DNA of 64,000 nucleotides, taken from the sequence record PP886229. One strand, given 5' to 3'. A program made the position numbers and the translations under genes. Under the pieces are notes generated by a model. It saw only the letters and a program-made list of their open reading frames with translations. It was not told where the DNA came from and searched no databases. Positions 41,998 through 52,525 of this stretch are shown here, in pieces (within the stretch, counting starts at the first letter, position 1; each line of letters begins with the position of its first letter). Origin of the DNA: Escherichia phage vB_EcoM_E9.

Positions 41998-42254
41998 TTT
42001 GTAAATCCTCTCTTAATGAACCAGTTGATAACATTCTTCACAGCTTTATTGCTATGGTAGATTAAGTGTGGGGTAGGTTGGTATGAACCATAAGCCCAGA
42101 AAGCAATAATTTCACTACACCCTGTACACCTTGTACTCTCTTCGGCAATATGACCGTTGACTATTTCACTCACCTCACCTTGTAAGTCTGTACACCCACA
42201 ATGTGGACAACGGATAGGTGTTCCATCAGACTCATAGCAGTGTTCAATTTTCAT
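41994..42254 (-). CDS. zinc-ribbon protein
   Basis: 86 aa with CPHCGC ... CTGCSE cysteine pairs. Confidence 0.45.
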   Translation of the reverse strand: MKIEHCYESDGTPIRCPHCGCTDLQGEVSEIVNGHIAEESTRCTGCSEIIAFWAYGSYQPTPHLIYHSNKAVKNVINWFIKRGFTK

Positions 42255-42770
42255 TTATTTAACCTCAAAAACTGGCTCAAGAACCAATATAAAGTCTACA
42301 CAGTCATCTTCTTCATCCAGAATACCATCAAAGTTCTTAGGAACGAAGTCGAAGAGGCTCATAACAAAACAGTCAGAAGTAACCCTAATAGTGCCTCCCA
42401 TATTCTCTACAGTCAACACTGTACGACTTTCTTTTACCTCTCGCAGAAGATTGTTCACAAAGTCATCTAAGAAGTGCTTCATCAGTGACTTAAAGCCTTT
42501 AGGGTAATCTGTACCAGAGTATGTTTCAATCTGGGGCACAAGCTTAACATTTATACTAGTCTTTGTTAAGAACGTGCTAGAGAACATACTATCAGGTAAC
42601 TTACAAACAATCTTTCCAGTACCTTCATGTTCAATCTCAACAAAACCAGCTTCATCGCCACATGTAACTATTTTAAAAGATGCTTCATTCTCATACTGTG
42701 AAGCCATAAACTTTTTAAGCATTTCTTTAAGGAAATCTGCATGAGCATCTTGTAAGTAGATATCAATCAT
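42255..42770 (-). CDS. hypothetical protein
   Basis: 171 aa ORF. Confidence 0.5.
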   Translation of the reverse strand: MIDIYLQDAHADFLKEMLKKFMASQYENEASFKIVTCGDEAGFVEIEHEGTGKIVCKLPDSMFSSTFLTKTSINVKLVPQIETYSGTDYPKGFKSLMKHFLDDFVNNLLREVKESRTVLTVENMGGTIRVTSDCFVMSLFDFVPKNFDGILDEEDDCVDFILVLEPVFEVK

Positions 42771-42783
42771 AATTCATCACCTA

Positions 42784-43143
42784 TTATGGGAACAGACACT
42801 TAATGTCATCGTTTTTGAAAACGAAGCTTGTGTAGTTGTGACCGTCAACATCCAGCCAAACAGCCTGAACATCTACACCATCAAGATTGTGGTAAAGCTC
42901 TTTGATGAAGTGGTCTTTCACAATCTGGCTGCTAGTTGTTTCCAGCTTAATGTTTGAGATTGCTGAACCTACAGCCATATAACCCATTACACGTTTCTTC
43001 TCAGTATGCTTAATCTTACCATCTTTGTAAGCCATAATGAGATTGGAAAGAATCTTCACACCATAATACTTTTCAAGGTGAGTAGGTACACCATAAAAGC
43101 CTAATGCGAAGTTTTCAGAGTGGATAATGTTTTCACGTTTCAT
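42784..43143 (-). CDS. hypothetical protein
   Basis: 119 aa ORF. Confidence 0.5.
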   Translation of the reverse strand: MKRENIIHSENFALGFYGVPTHLEKYYGVKILSNLIMAYKDGKIKHTEKKRVMGYMAVGSAISNIKLETTSSQIVKDHFIKELYHNLDGVDVQAVWLDVDGHNYTSFVFKNDDIKCLFP

Positions 43144-43144
43144 A

Positions 43145-43474
43145 TTAATCTGCCAGCCTTAAATTAAAGTTAACACCAAATTTTTCACATACTTCCAACA
43201 TAAACTCAAGGGAGACATTACCAGTGAGATTGATTATGTTGGATACACGAGCCTGAGAGATACCACAAATTTTAGCAACTTGCTCTTGAGAAAGACCTCT
43301 GGATTTAATCTCTCTCTTAAAACGATGTGCAACGAAGTCTCTCATTTCGTCTACATCCATTGGACAAATATAACTCTCCATTTCAGCTTCTCTGTCAGCC
43401 TCCCAATCATCTTGTGGAGCATAAGGGTCAAAAACCTCATTCATCTTTCTTCTTCCGTTTGCGTGAAGTGTCAA
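43145..43474 (-). CDS. helix-turn-helix (XRE/Cro-type) DNA-binding protein
   Basis: C-terminal LSQEQVAKICGISQARVSNI HTH signature; acidic N-terminus. Confidence 0.6.
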   Translation of the reverse strand: MTLHANGRRKMNEVFDPYAPQDDWEADREAEMESYICPMDVDEMRDFVAHRFKREIKSRGLSQEQVAKICGISQARVSNIINLTGNVSLEFMLEVCEKFGVNFNLRLAD

Positions 43475-43649
43475 TCAATGAATCTATGTTTGTAGCCCTA
43501 ACCTTTTCACGTTCATCGTTAAGATAATCATCGAGAATCTTTTCAATCTGTGAATCATCTTGACAGATGACTGTAAAGACTGTAAAGCCGTCTGTATCAT
43601 CAATTATCTTACCATAACCGCTTCTGGGATGTAACTTTTTAAGAGCCAT
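43437..43649 (-). CDS. hypothetical protein with basic C-terminus
   Basis: 70 aa ORF. Confidence 0.4.
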   Translation of the reverse strand: MALKKLHPRSGYGKIIDDTDGFTVFTVICQDDSQIEKILDDYLNDEREKVRATNIDSLIDTSRKRKKKDE

Positions 43650-43650
43650 A

Positions 43651-44034
43651 TCAAATACCTGTGCAGCTTCTGTTTTCTAAGAAATACTCAACACCATACA
43701 TAGCTTTTTGCATCAAATCTTCTTTAAACTGAATACGATGATTAAGCATAACCTGTACATCAATATCATCATGGTGCTTCTCTTTAATATTTGCAGATTG
43801 CAGGAAATACTCTGCAAGAACACGATACTGATAGTCAGTTACCTTATCCGTCATCTCTGTCAAAGACTCTTCAGAGATTGGTTTAAGCAACTCACCATTA
43901 GATAGAGCAACACCTTTAACAATCTGACAAGTGTCTTCTGGAACACCTGATAAGTCCACATTTGGAAGTTCTGTTGCATTGACTGGTAAATTTATTGCCA
44001 TAACCATTGCAGCAGCTAATAAAATCTTTTTCAT
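43651..44034 (-). CDS. secreted/periplasmic protein (signal peptide)
   Basis: 127 aa; N-terminal MKKILLAAAMVMAINLPVNA. Confidence 0.5.
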   Translation of the reverse strand: MKKILLAAAMVMAINLPVNATELPNVDLSGVPEDTCQIVKGVALSNGELLKPISEESLTEMTDKVTDYQYRVLAEYFLQSANIKEKHHDDIDVQVMLNHRIQFKEDLMQKAMYGVEYFLENRSCTGI

Positions 44035-44139
44035 AATGACCTCAAAGTTATATTAAATTTTGTATTACGTTGAGTATAAAAATAAGCTATAACACCTGAC
44101 TTGTCAACAGATTTTATAGCTTATTTGGCAGATTTTTTA

Positions 44140-44372
44140 TAAGGCTACTGCCATCCTTCCATACATTACCTCACCTGACCTGACCTGACCCTACCTAACA
44201 TTACCGTGCCACACCTCACTTAAAAACCCTCTTAAAAGACTCTTAAGTGATGTAATCGAATTTTTATGTAGCTCCGATTAACTACCCATACCTCACCTCA
44301 TCCAACCATACCATGCCTTACCAGACCGCACCTTACCTTACTAAAAGACCCTGTTTAAAGACCTTTTAAAAA
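44140..44372. repeat. Composite C-rich, G-poor repeat block 1: two sub-units of head motif, (Y)ACC-rich core and conserved tails
   Basis: Tails CACTTAAAAACCCTCTTAAAAGACTCTTAAGTGATG (44217-44251) and AAAAGACCCTGTTTAAAGACCTTTTAAAAAG (44342-44372) recur in block 2. Confidence 0.7.
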
Positions 44373-44373
44373 G

Positions 44374-44390
44374 GAGCCTCCGAAGAGGCT
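44374..44390 (-). terminator. Hairpin GAGCCTC-CGAA-GAGGCT directly downstream of the 44402-44842 gene
   Basis: GC-rich stem with T-run on minus strand. Confidence 0.5.
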
Positions 44391-44401
44391 ACCTAGTCAA
44401 C

Positions 44402-44842
44402 TTAGAAAGGTTTTCTACGTTGCTTGTTAATGTTAGCTTTCATAGCAGCTAAATGGTTTTGCTGTTCAATCAGTCGTGAACGTTCTTGATGACTAAGTGC
44501 CATAGTGTTCACATTCTCAATCGCTTGAGTGGCTTGCTTTAAAGCTCGACCAATCTTGCCAGACATTTTACGTTTTGCAATAGTTGCTTGATGCTTAGGT
44601 TCAACCACACGATAACCAACACCCATTGAAGCAACCAGATAAATCTTCTCTTCTTTAAGAAGCTTCTCAATAAACTTCTCAAGTCGGTTTAGACGTGTAA
44701 GCGCATAAGCCTTCATTTCATCTTCGTACTTAACAATGTCACCTTGATAAGTTGGCTTCACAATACCTAAGAAGGTATCCATCTCAGAATGTGATACAGT
44801 GTCACCGTAACTAAACTTTGCTGCTAATGCTTTTGTATTCAT
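44402..44842 (-). CDS. hypothetical protein (cassette gene 2)
   Basis: 146 aa ORF, basic C-terminus. Confidence 0.5.
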   Translation of the reverse strand: MNTKALAAKFSYGDTVSHSEMDTFLGIVKPTYQGDIVKYEDEMKAYALTRLNRLEKFIEKLLKEEKIYLVASMGVGYRVVEPKHQATIAKRKMSGKIGRALKQATQAIENVNTMALSHQERSRLIEQQNHLAAMKANINKQRRKPF

Positions 44843-44844
44843 AA

Positions 44845-45450
<606 letters not shown>

Positions 45451-45519
45451 TTAGTTGATTGTTAAGTTGTTTGTAAAGAACCCTCAACAGAAGACTCTTT
45501 AGAAACTTGGTAGATTTTT

Positions 45520-45792
45520 AATGTGGCTACTACCATCCACCCATACCTCACAACACCATGCCATACCCGACCGGACAAGACCAGACCCTACCGCGCCAGA
45601 CCTCATTAAAAGACCCTCTTTAAAGACCTTTTAAAAAGGTAAGTCTCATTTTAATGTAGCTGAGACTAACTACCCATACCCTACTTTACCTTACCGTACC
45701 GTACTTTACCCGACCGTACCGGACAATACTTAACCCTACCTCACCCGACCGGACATCACTTAAAAACCCTCTTAAAAGACTCTTAAGTGATG
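45520..45792. repeat. Composite C-rich repeat block 2, paralogous to block 1 with sub-units in swapped order
   Basis: Shares GGCTACT(G/A)CCATCC, TGTAGCT...TAACTACCCATACC and both tail motifs with block 1. Confidence 0.7.
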
Positions 45793-45856
45793 CTGGTGAG
45801 TACCCGTTGGTTTATGCTGCTCAGTATACTCACCAAATTTTCTATGTCAACAACTT

Positions 45857-46996
45857 TTATTCATAATCTCGTATAACCAGCCCAACAGGGAACTGTAAAG
45901 ACCCCTTACGAGTCATCTTCTGGAACTGAACCGTTAAAGGCTTCCCGATAAACTCTTCAGGATGCTCAGCAAGATACTGTTTCTTCTCATGAGTAGTCTT
46001 CCATGAGACATCTACAAAGACGTTAGGAAGAGTCTCTACAACGAACTTGCCATGACCACGTTTATCGGTCTTTACACCAGTCACTTTAAACTCTTCAGTG
46101 TGCATCTTCTTGTGTTTAATCAAGAAGTATGAACGGTGACAACACTCGTAGAAGGAGTCTTCAGAGATTGAACGGTACATTGCACCTTCAAACTTAGCTT
46201 CAACCCACTTATCATGAGCTTCATCGAACTCTTCCCAAGAATTTACACGACGAGACTTAACAGGGACAACTTTACAGCCATCTCTAAAGTCATTCAATGG
46301 TGAAGTCTCAATAATATCTCTACGCTCAGGCCACGTCTTAGTACTGTCACAGATATCGTACCAGTAAAACTTGAGCAAGTGTCTGTCAGGATTGTCTTCA
46401 TTTTTAATCATAGAGACAATATCTTCTAAGTCCCACCCATGAGCATAAATCTCTCCATCAAATTCATCAACATCTTTGTGGAGCCTTAACATTGCCATAA
46501 TGTCAGGTATTAGTTCAGTAGGGATTTTGTAAACAGTATTTTCACGAGAATATGCTGTGAATACACTGCCAATACTTAAGTGCCTTGAAATCCTACAACG
46601 GACACCATCAAGTTTCGGTTGAGCATCAGCAGGGAACTTCAGATACTTCGCATGACTAACCTTTGCAGCATCATGAGCAAGCTGTACACCTACCTTCTCA
46701 GTATTCTGTGCAGACTCTTTTGTGTAAGCATAACCTTTGCGGTCAACTTGTTTTTTATACTTAGCAGCAACTTCAAAGAGAGCTTGCTGTTCAGCGTTAC
46801 GCTCGTTCTTTTTACCGATGTTTTTAGGTTCTGCTGTATACTCTTCAAACATCATCTTGCCATTTTCTTTACCGTAGGTTGTAATAACTTTGTCACCTAC
46901 AGCGACACATGACCAGACGTTAAAAGAGCCATCTTTATTTTGTTTGTATAGAGTTGTCATTTTATTCCTCTGAGTGATACCAAGTGTTGCAAGCAT
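45857..46996 (-). CDS. ATP-dependent DNA ligase
   Basis: KxDG adenylation motif (PKLDGVR), EGAMYR and FLIKHKK motifs. Confidence 0.7.
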   Translation of the reverse strand: MLATLGITQRNKMTTLYKQNKDGSFNVWSCVAVGDKVITTYGKENGKMMFEEYTAEPKNIGKKNERNAEQQALFEVAAKYKKQVDRKGYAYTKESAQNTEKVGVQLAHDAAKVSHAKYLKFPADAQPKLDGVRCRISRHLSIGSVFTAYSRENTVYKIPTELIPDIMAMLRLHKDVDEFDGEIYAHGWDLEDIVSMIKNEDNPDRHLLKFYWYDICDSTKTWPERRDIIETSPLNDFRDGCKVVPVKSRRVNSWEEFDEAHDKWVEAKFEGAMYRSISEDSFYECCHRSYFLIKHKKMHTEEFKVTGVKTDKRGHGKFVVETLPNVFVDVSWKTTHEKKQYLAEHPEEFIGKPLTVQFQKMTRKGSLQFPVGLVIRDYE

Positions 46997-47153
46997 TACA
47001 TGCGTAAAGCTCTAAGTCATTTTTATCTGGTTTATGAAAACAGTTTGCTCCGCAGTGGCAACGAAACGGCTTTCCACCAACTGTCAGGATGAAAGATTGA
47101 ACCTTTCCATCAGGAGTTCGTACAGCATTTTTATGCTTATCTTCTTTGTTCAT
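46962..47153 (-). CDS. small zinc-finger protein
   Basis: 63 aa with CHC ... C ... CNAC cysteines. Confidence 0.45.
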   Translation of the reverse strand: MNKEDKHKNAVRTPDGKVQSFILTVGGKPFRCHCGANCFHKPDKNDLELYACNACNTWYHSEE

Positions 47154-47356
47154 TTTCTCTTACCACCAATCTCTACGTCAATAACCTGAACATCACCAGC
47201 AACATCAAACTTGTGAATGATGCTTTCCACAGTGTAAGTCCAACCATCGATGCGAACCAATTCACCTTCTCGTGGGACTATTGGGTTACGTTGAGCTACG
47301 GTTGTAGTGGAGTGAACAACATCATAACAATAGGTATAGTTTACTAGGACTTCCAT
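47150..47356 (-). CDS. hypothetical protein
   Basis: ORF track 47150..47455 overlaps the lipoprotein gene; internal ATG at 47356 (MEVLVNY) follows a GAGG RBS and removes the overlap. Confidence 0.4.
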   Translation of the reverse strand: MEVLVNYTYCYDVVHSTTTVAQRNPIVPREGELVRIDGWTYTVESIIHKFDVAGDVQVIDVEIGGKRK

Positions 47357-47366
47357 CGTGAAAACC

Positions 47367-47603
47367 TCACTCAATAACCGTAGTATGTGATTGACCATTT
47401 TTGCCATAGCTATAAGATGTTGTTGTTTGAGAGTTTGGACATCTGACAACAACAATATCTCTGCTTATGGCATCGCCATGTAACTTGTAGACTTTGCAAT
47501 CTTGCATCTCTGGTGGGAGGCTATAAGAAGCATTTTTATCCTCGTAAGAGGGATTGCAGCCAGCTAGAAAAATAACACCAAGCACAATTACTGCTTTCCA
47601 CAT
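47367..47603 (-). CDS. small lipoprotein (superinfection-exclusion candidate)
   Basis: 78 aa; signal peptide with lipobox LAGC (MWKAVIVLGVIFLAGCNPSY). Confidence 0.6.
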   Translation of the reverse strand: MWKAVIVLGVIFLAGCNPSYEDKNASYSLPPEMQDCKVYKLHGDAISRDIVVVRCPNSQTTTSYSYGKNGQSHTTVIE

Positions 47604-47617
47604 AGCACTTCTCCTAT

Positions 47618-47773
47618 TTACTGTTCACGATGTTCTACTTCTCTATATGTACGCCGGTAGTATATGATGAGCTGTGCTAATTCGCTACTTTTAACATCTG
47701 AGCGTAACAGTTGCCAATCAAAACCTTTACCGACCCTTCCATATAAACTAAAGAATTTTACTTTGCGTTTCAT
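47618..47773 (-). CDS. possible small ORF (~51 aa)
   Basis: ATG on minus strand at 47773; below the ORF-track size cut-off, coordinates approximate. Confidence 0.2.
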   Translation of the reverse strand: MKRKVKFFSLYGRVGKGFDWQLLRSDVKSSELAQLIIYYRRTYREVEHREQ

Positions 47774-47790
47774 TTTGGTGTTCCCAATAC

Positions 47791-48018
47791 TCAGAGGTCA
47801 ATGCTAATACGTTCACCCTTAAGGACTCCTGTACGGTCTCTTGCAATCTTACCGTCAACAATAAGGATATGCGCAGACTTTAAAGATTCACTATTAAAAC
47901 CTTTTACGAACTTACTAGGCATCACCACAATAAGCATCTCTTGAATCAACTCTGGAGTGTAGCAATTATCGTGAAGTTGCTGAATAACGTCTGAAAGTGT
48001 CATTTTTGATGTCTCCAA
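47791..48018 (-). CDS. hypothetical protein
   Basis: 75 aa ORF. Confidence 0.45.
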   Translation of the reverse strand: METSKMTLSDVIQQLHDNCYTPELIQEMLIVVMPSKFVKGFNSESLKSAHILIVDGKIARDRTGVLKGERISIDL

Positions 48019-48209
48019 TACTCAATATCAATAAGTTCTTGTGCAATACTTTTCATATTACCTTTCAAGAAAACCTTCTCAGAACCTGAAAGAGATGAAT
48101 TGTCAATCAACCTGTTTATTCTCTCAAACAACTTCTGCTTACGATTCTTGATAGTTTCCTTTGAAGCACCTTTCATCATTGCTGCATGGGTTCTTCCACG
48201 GTGGCTCAT
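48000..48209 (-). CDS. hypothetical basic protein
   Basis: 69 aa ORF. Confidence 0.45.
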   Translation of the reverse strand: MSHRGRTHAAMMKGASKETIKNRKQKLFERINRLIDNSSLSGSEKVFLKGNMKSIAQELIDIEYWRHQK

Positions 48210-48270
48210 AATCGCTCCTATATAAGATATTGTATAAGGTACTCTTCCATGAGCACCTTGTCAATACTAA

Positions 48271-50970
48271 TTAGTGAACCTCAAGCCAGCTTTTACCAAC
48301 CTTACCAGTACCTGTAACAAGTGTTTCTTTCTTAAGACCTAAGTTCTTAGAAGCTTGTCCATAATACCAGTCAGTAACTGCTTTCACTTCTGCCGTCATA
48401 CTTTCTGGACATTCCCAGCTTGTTTCATCGTGATATGCGCAGAGCAAACGAGCACCAATAGCTGGTTGACGACCATTCAACTTCATCAAACCTTCGTCAA
48501 TCATACGACGACAAGCAAGGTTAATTGCCTCGTTTTGAATCTGAGCCTCCGAACCCATAAGCAAATAATTCAATAGCTTATGTGGAGATTTACACCATAA
48601 CCAAGCTCCAGCAACCTTTACAAAACCCCCTTTAGAGATTGCAGCAGTCTTACCAAAAACCTCTTCAAGTGCCTTTTTAGTCGCTTTGTAGTCAGCTTCT
48701 AAGTCATCCAGCAGCTTCTTAATTTTAGGCAAACGAATAAAGTAAGTCTGTTTGGTCAGTGCACCTTCCTGAGTAGTTGCAGCTTTAATCGTCTTAGCAA
48801 ACTTCTCATCACCTGCACCGAACAGCAGTGCATAGATACCATTCTTAGCTTTCTTACGACCCTTACTAATCTCATGAAGAAGATTCTCATCCTGAGTAGC
48901 TCGGCAAGTCAAGATATCCTGCTCATCATTCAAGCTAAAGTAAATACTGTTCAGTGTGTGTGCATCAGTCCCTGAATAGACAACGTAAAGGTCATTCTCA
49001 GAGTCATAGCGTAGGTACTTATCAATCTCTGGATTGAGGTACTCATCAAAGTGTTTGCAGTAATAGCATCCATCTTCTTGACGAATAAACTCAATCTCTT
49101 CTTTACCTTGCGTTACCGCTTTGGTGAAGTCTTTGTCACCCATAAAGTTACAAAGAAGAACTAGCTGGGCTGAGTTCATGTCTACAGAGACAACGTTAGT
49201 ACCTTCTTCACAAATCCACACTGCCCTCATTGGTTCCCCATAGACAGCAGCACCAGACGGTACGTTTACAATACCATACTGTGTCATACGTCCAGTTGAA
49301 GTACCAAATACCATTGCACCAGCACTAAGGCGACCATCAGGACGAATCTGGTTCAGCCAACCTTTTTCATCATCCTTTGAGTTCTCAATAGTTCTGCGTC
49401 GGTGCATCAAAGTATAGTACTTAGCAATCTTCTGTCCAAGCTCACCTTCAATCGTATCATAAGATGATTCAGTAAGTTTTGGTGAAGTACGGATTAAGCA
49501 AGGCTCAAGCAAATCTGTGTACTTCTTCACAGACCAGTTATGTTCAATGTACTGGACACCTTCATGTTCAACATAACTCAAACCACACCGTTCCACCATC
49601 TCATCCCACTTAGGATGTTTTGTAATCATCTTTTTGTTGTCTTTGAAGCGACAAACCTTAACAGGACGACCATCAGAGTCTTTCTTATAGTTCCAGTCAT
49701 CTGGAATCCAACCAACTGATTTCAAGTAGTCTTTAACAACTGCTACCTGAGTCATACGAGAAACTTCGAACTCAATTGGTGTATATGGTGCATCAATCAA
49801 ACCTGTGTAGCGACTTGACTCAAGCTTAAAGTGGTTAACAACATGACTGTTATAGTACTTCACAGTTTTAACTGTTTTTACTGGCTTCCAGTCTTTGCAC
49901 TTCTTACCAATCTTTGCATTCAACTCATTGCAAATTGCACGAGCATCCTTCATTGCTACAAAGCCTTCCTTGTGCTCTTCGCCAGTTACAGAGTTGGTTG
50001 GTGTATAGCAATTCCGCTTTTCAATGTTAAAAATCTTTGTAGTTGGCTTACCAAATGGCTTGATTTCATATGTCTGCATCTCACCGTTACGTACCTGCTG
50101 ACGATACTTTGTCTTAGGGTACTTGGTAATTCTCTTCAGTCCATCTGCATGACCTAATGCTTCAACATACTCATTCCAAGCTTTTGCAAATTCTTCTCCA
50201 GTGACTTTACCTTTGGTCTTAATAGTTGGAGGAAGATGTGGTTCAACTTCTGAAGCAAGCTCATTAGTCAACTTGTCAAGTTCCTTTACATGGAACTCCA
50301 TAAGTTCTTTATCAGCTTTCCAACCATTGATAGCTTGTTGACTCATCCAGAAAGATGTTTCTTTAGCTCGCATGTAGGTTTCATAAGTATCTACGCCACA
50401 CTTCTTCAGCTTGAGATATTCATTATCCAGTGCGCGTTTAGTTTTGGCGTTAATACGGATATCTTCCACAACACGAGTGAAGATTTCTGCATTCCACACA
50501 CCCCAATGTTCAATCTCTGGTTTACGTACACCAACACGAGCACCCCATGCAGCCAAGCCATGAGCACCTTTATAACCTTTTGGAGTTGGTCTATCCATCC
50601 ACTGAACACGGGACTGGATAAGAGAATCCTGAAAGAAATTACTCCACGGCTTACACTTTGGATTATCAAAGTTCCACAAATCAGGTGCAATGTGATTGAA
50701 AACCCACCAGTCATACCCTAGACCATTATGGATGCAAAGCCGTTTTGCCTTTAACGCAAACTCAACACCTTCACGCAAACCACCCTTAATGTACTTGGTA
50801 TACTTGTGACCGAGGATAGGCTCATCTGTAAAGACCCATACAGGTGGCTCTTCATCGTCAGATTTATAGTCTGCGAAAGCCATTACGTGTACTTTAGTGA
50901 ACTCAAGGAGTAAACCATCAGTTTCTGTATCACCAACTAAATGTAAGTTTTTAAAATCTACGTTTTCCAT
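48271..50970 (-). CDS. DNA polymerase, family A, with 3'-5' exonuclease domain
   Basis: Exo motif VGDTETDG near the N-terminus; YHDE motif C near the C-terminus; ATG at 50970 follows a GAGGGAG RBS. Confidence 0.8.
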   Translation of the reverse strand: MENVDFKNLHLVGDTETDGLLLEFTKVHVMAFADYKSDDEEPPVWVFTDEPILGHKYTKYIKGGLREGVEFALKAKRLCIHNGLGYDWWVFNHIAPDLWNFDNPKCKPWSNFFQDSLIQSRVQWMDRPTPKGYKGAHGLAAWGARVGVRKPEIEHWGVWNAEIFTRVVEDIRINAKTKRALDNEYLKLKKCGVDTYETYMRAKETSFWMSQQAINGWKADKELMEFHVKELDKLTNELASEVEPHLPPTIKTKGKVTGEEFAKAWNEYVEALGHADGLKRITKYPKTKYRQQVRNGEMQTYEIKPFGKPTTKIFNIEKRNCYTPTNSVTGEEHKEGFVAMKDARAICNELNAKIGKKCKDWKPVKTVKTVKYYNSHVVNHFKLESSRYTGLIDAPYTPIEFEVSRMTQVAVVKDYLKSVGWIPDDWNYKKDSDGRPVKVCRFKDNKKMITKHPKWDEMVERCGLSYVEHEGVQYIEHNWSVKKYTDLLEPCLIRTSPKLTESSYDTIEGELGQKIAKYYTLMHRRRTIENSKDDEKGWLNQIRPDGRLSAGAMVFGTSTGRMTQYGIVNVPSGAAVYGEPMRAVWICEEGTNVVSVDMNSAQLVLLCNFMGDKDFTKAVTQGKEEIEFIRQEDGCYYCKHFDEYLNPEIDKYLRYDSENDLYVVYSGTDAHTLNSIYFSLNDEQDILTCRATQDENLLHEISKGRKKAKNGIYALLFGAGDEKFAKTIKAATTQEGALTKQTYFIRLPKIKKLLDDLEADYKATKKALEEVFGKTAAISKGGFVKVAGAWLWCKSPHKLLNYLLMGSEAQIQNEAINLACRRMIDEGLMKLNGRQPAIGARLLCAYHDETSWECPESMTAEVKAVTDWYYGQASKNLGLKKETLVTGTGKVGKSWLEVH

Positions 50971-51030
50971 TTTTACTCCCTCTAAAATCATTAACCTCAT
51001 ACATTACTGCAAAAAATTATAAAAAGCAAG

Positions 51031-51053
51031 TTGACAATGTACTTGACAAGGTG
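51031..51053 (+). promoter_or_regulatory. Second copy of conserved double-TTGACA element TTGACAATGTACTTGACAAGGTG
   Basis: 22 of 23 nt identical to 8924-8946; in the divergent region between polymerase and the plus-strand block. Confidence 0.5.
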
Positions 51054-51227
51054 TTAATCTTTGCGAAGTGGGTTTTTACTTAAAAGGTTACTTAACAGTT
51101 TAACTATACAGATACTTTAAAACTCTTAAAAGATTATTTAATAGCTTTTAAAAAGCTTTAAAGTATAACGTATAGAATACGTTAAGATAAAAGATTAAAA
51201 CTTAATAGTTACTTAAAAGAGGCTTAC

Positions 51228-51650
51228 ATGCAGAAAATGTTTGTTCACCCAGACATAGCTGACTTTGTTAGGGCTTTGCAGAAGTTGGAAGAACTTGACA
51301 TTGCTGCTCAACGGGAATATGCTCACCATCACAGGAGAATGGTTGATATACAACATGAAATAGAGTTGTCTGAAAACTATGAAGATGACTTAAAATGCTC
51401 TGTATTTGAGCATATGAAAGATGTTGCTACAGCGAGACGTAAAGCTAAAGATACAGTTGCTTTACTAGATTCTCTTAAAAAGAGGTTGCAAAGTGGTACA
51501 GACCTGTGTAATCTAGCGTCACTGATTAACGATGTTGAAACTTCTTGGGATAGACATTACTATCCACGTTCTGAAAAGACACTTGACTTTTCTTCATCAG
51601 AAAACTTAAAATATTCTAGAAAGAAACTTAACCAACTGAGAGAGAAATAA
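51228..51650 (+). CDS. hypothetical protein
   Basis: 140 aa ORF. Confidence 0.5.
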   Translation: MQKMFVHPDIADFVRALQKLEELDIAAQREYAHHHRRMVDIQHEIELSENYEDDLKCSVFEHMKDVATARRKAKDTVALLDSLKKRLQSGTDLCNLASLINDVETSWDRHYYPRSEKTLDFSSSENLKYSRKKLNQLREK

Positions 51651-51651
51651 T

Positions 51652-52464
51652 ATGAATACTACTGTAGACCAGATGCTTGAAGAAAAAGGTATTGACGAAG
51701 CATTCTTAATCAATGCCGTAGAAAGCATGGCTATGATTCTTCGTGGAAACAACTACACAGAACAGTTTATGCCTGCAAGCTATAACTTGCCTAAAGACAA
51801 GTCTGATAACGGTGCTTTTGCAGAACAGGTTAATATGATGCTGTGTGACAAAACGCTTGCTTTAGCATCTATCGTTGTAGGTGTTGATGCTCTTGCAGAG
51901 TTAATTTTTTATGAGATGCAGAAAAATGACTATATTGCCATGACCTCTGAAGAAAAAGACTCGCTACTGCTCTTAGATAATAATGAGCTAGTTGACCTGT
52001 TAATTTCGTCAACGAGTGCTGTTATGGCTGCTCTTGAGAAGCGCATGGAAGAGAAGCTGTCACGATATGAAAAACTTGATTGGGGTGTAGAAGAGTTAAA
52101 CCCACGAATCAAAGAGATTATCCAGCAAACTAAAGACTCTTTAGCAGAAGCTGTGAAAGATGATTCTGTAGCTGATGTAGAACCACTACAGGTGAAGGTC
52201 GCTCTGATGATTCCAGCTATTTCTACAATGATGAATATCGTTGCACTAATCCAACTTTCTCAGATGTTGGGTGTCACCATTGAGTTCGTTGAGGAGATGA
52301 CTGGTGGTGTAAGTATGCAAGCAATCAATGATGTTTTGGTAAACATTGGTGCTTCAATCATTGAAGAGAAGCTGCGTATTAACTTCGGTGATGATTTTGT
52401 GAAGCAAATCTCAGCTATGGCTGAAAAAGAACACTCACAGATTAATACTGACCGACTGCACTAA
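51652..52464 (+). CDS. hypothetical protein
   Basis: 270 aa ORF. Confidence 0.5.
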   Translation: MNTTVDQMLEEKGIDEAFLINAVESMAMILRGNNYTEQFMPASYNLPKDKSDNGAFAEQVNMMLCDKTLALASIVVGVDALAELIFYEMQKNDYIAMTSEEKDSLLLLDNNELVDLLISSTSAVMAALEKRMEEKLSRYEKLDWGVEELNPRIKEIIQQTKDSLAEAVKDDSVADVEPLQVKVALMIPAISTMMNIVALIQLSQMLGVTIEFVEEMTGGVSMQAINDVLVNIGASIIEEKLRINFGDDFVKQISAMAEKEHSQINTDRLH

Positions 52465-52482
52465 GTCTTTATAAACCTTACA

Positions 52483-52506
52483 AGCCTCCTTAGTTGGGGG
52501 CTTTTT
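52483..52506 (+). terminator. Hairpin AGCCTCC...GGGGGCT + TTTTT
   Basis: GC-rich imperfect stem followed by T-run. Confidence 0.4.
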
Positions 52507-52525
52507 AGTAATTAAGGGAGACAAA

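Noticed and set aside
43145-43474. Lysogeny module or prophage boundary
   Set aside because: Only an HTH protein is present; no integrase, excisionase, CI-like repressor or attachment-site-like tRNA-adjacent repeat in the window.
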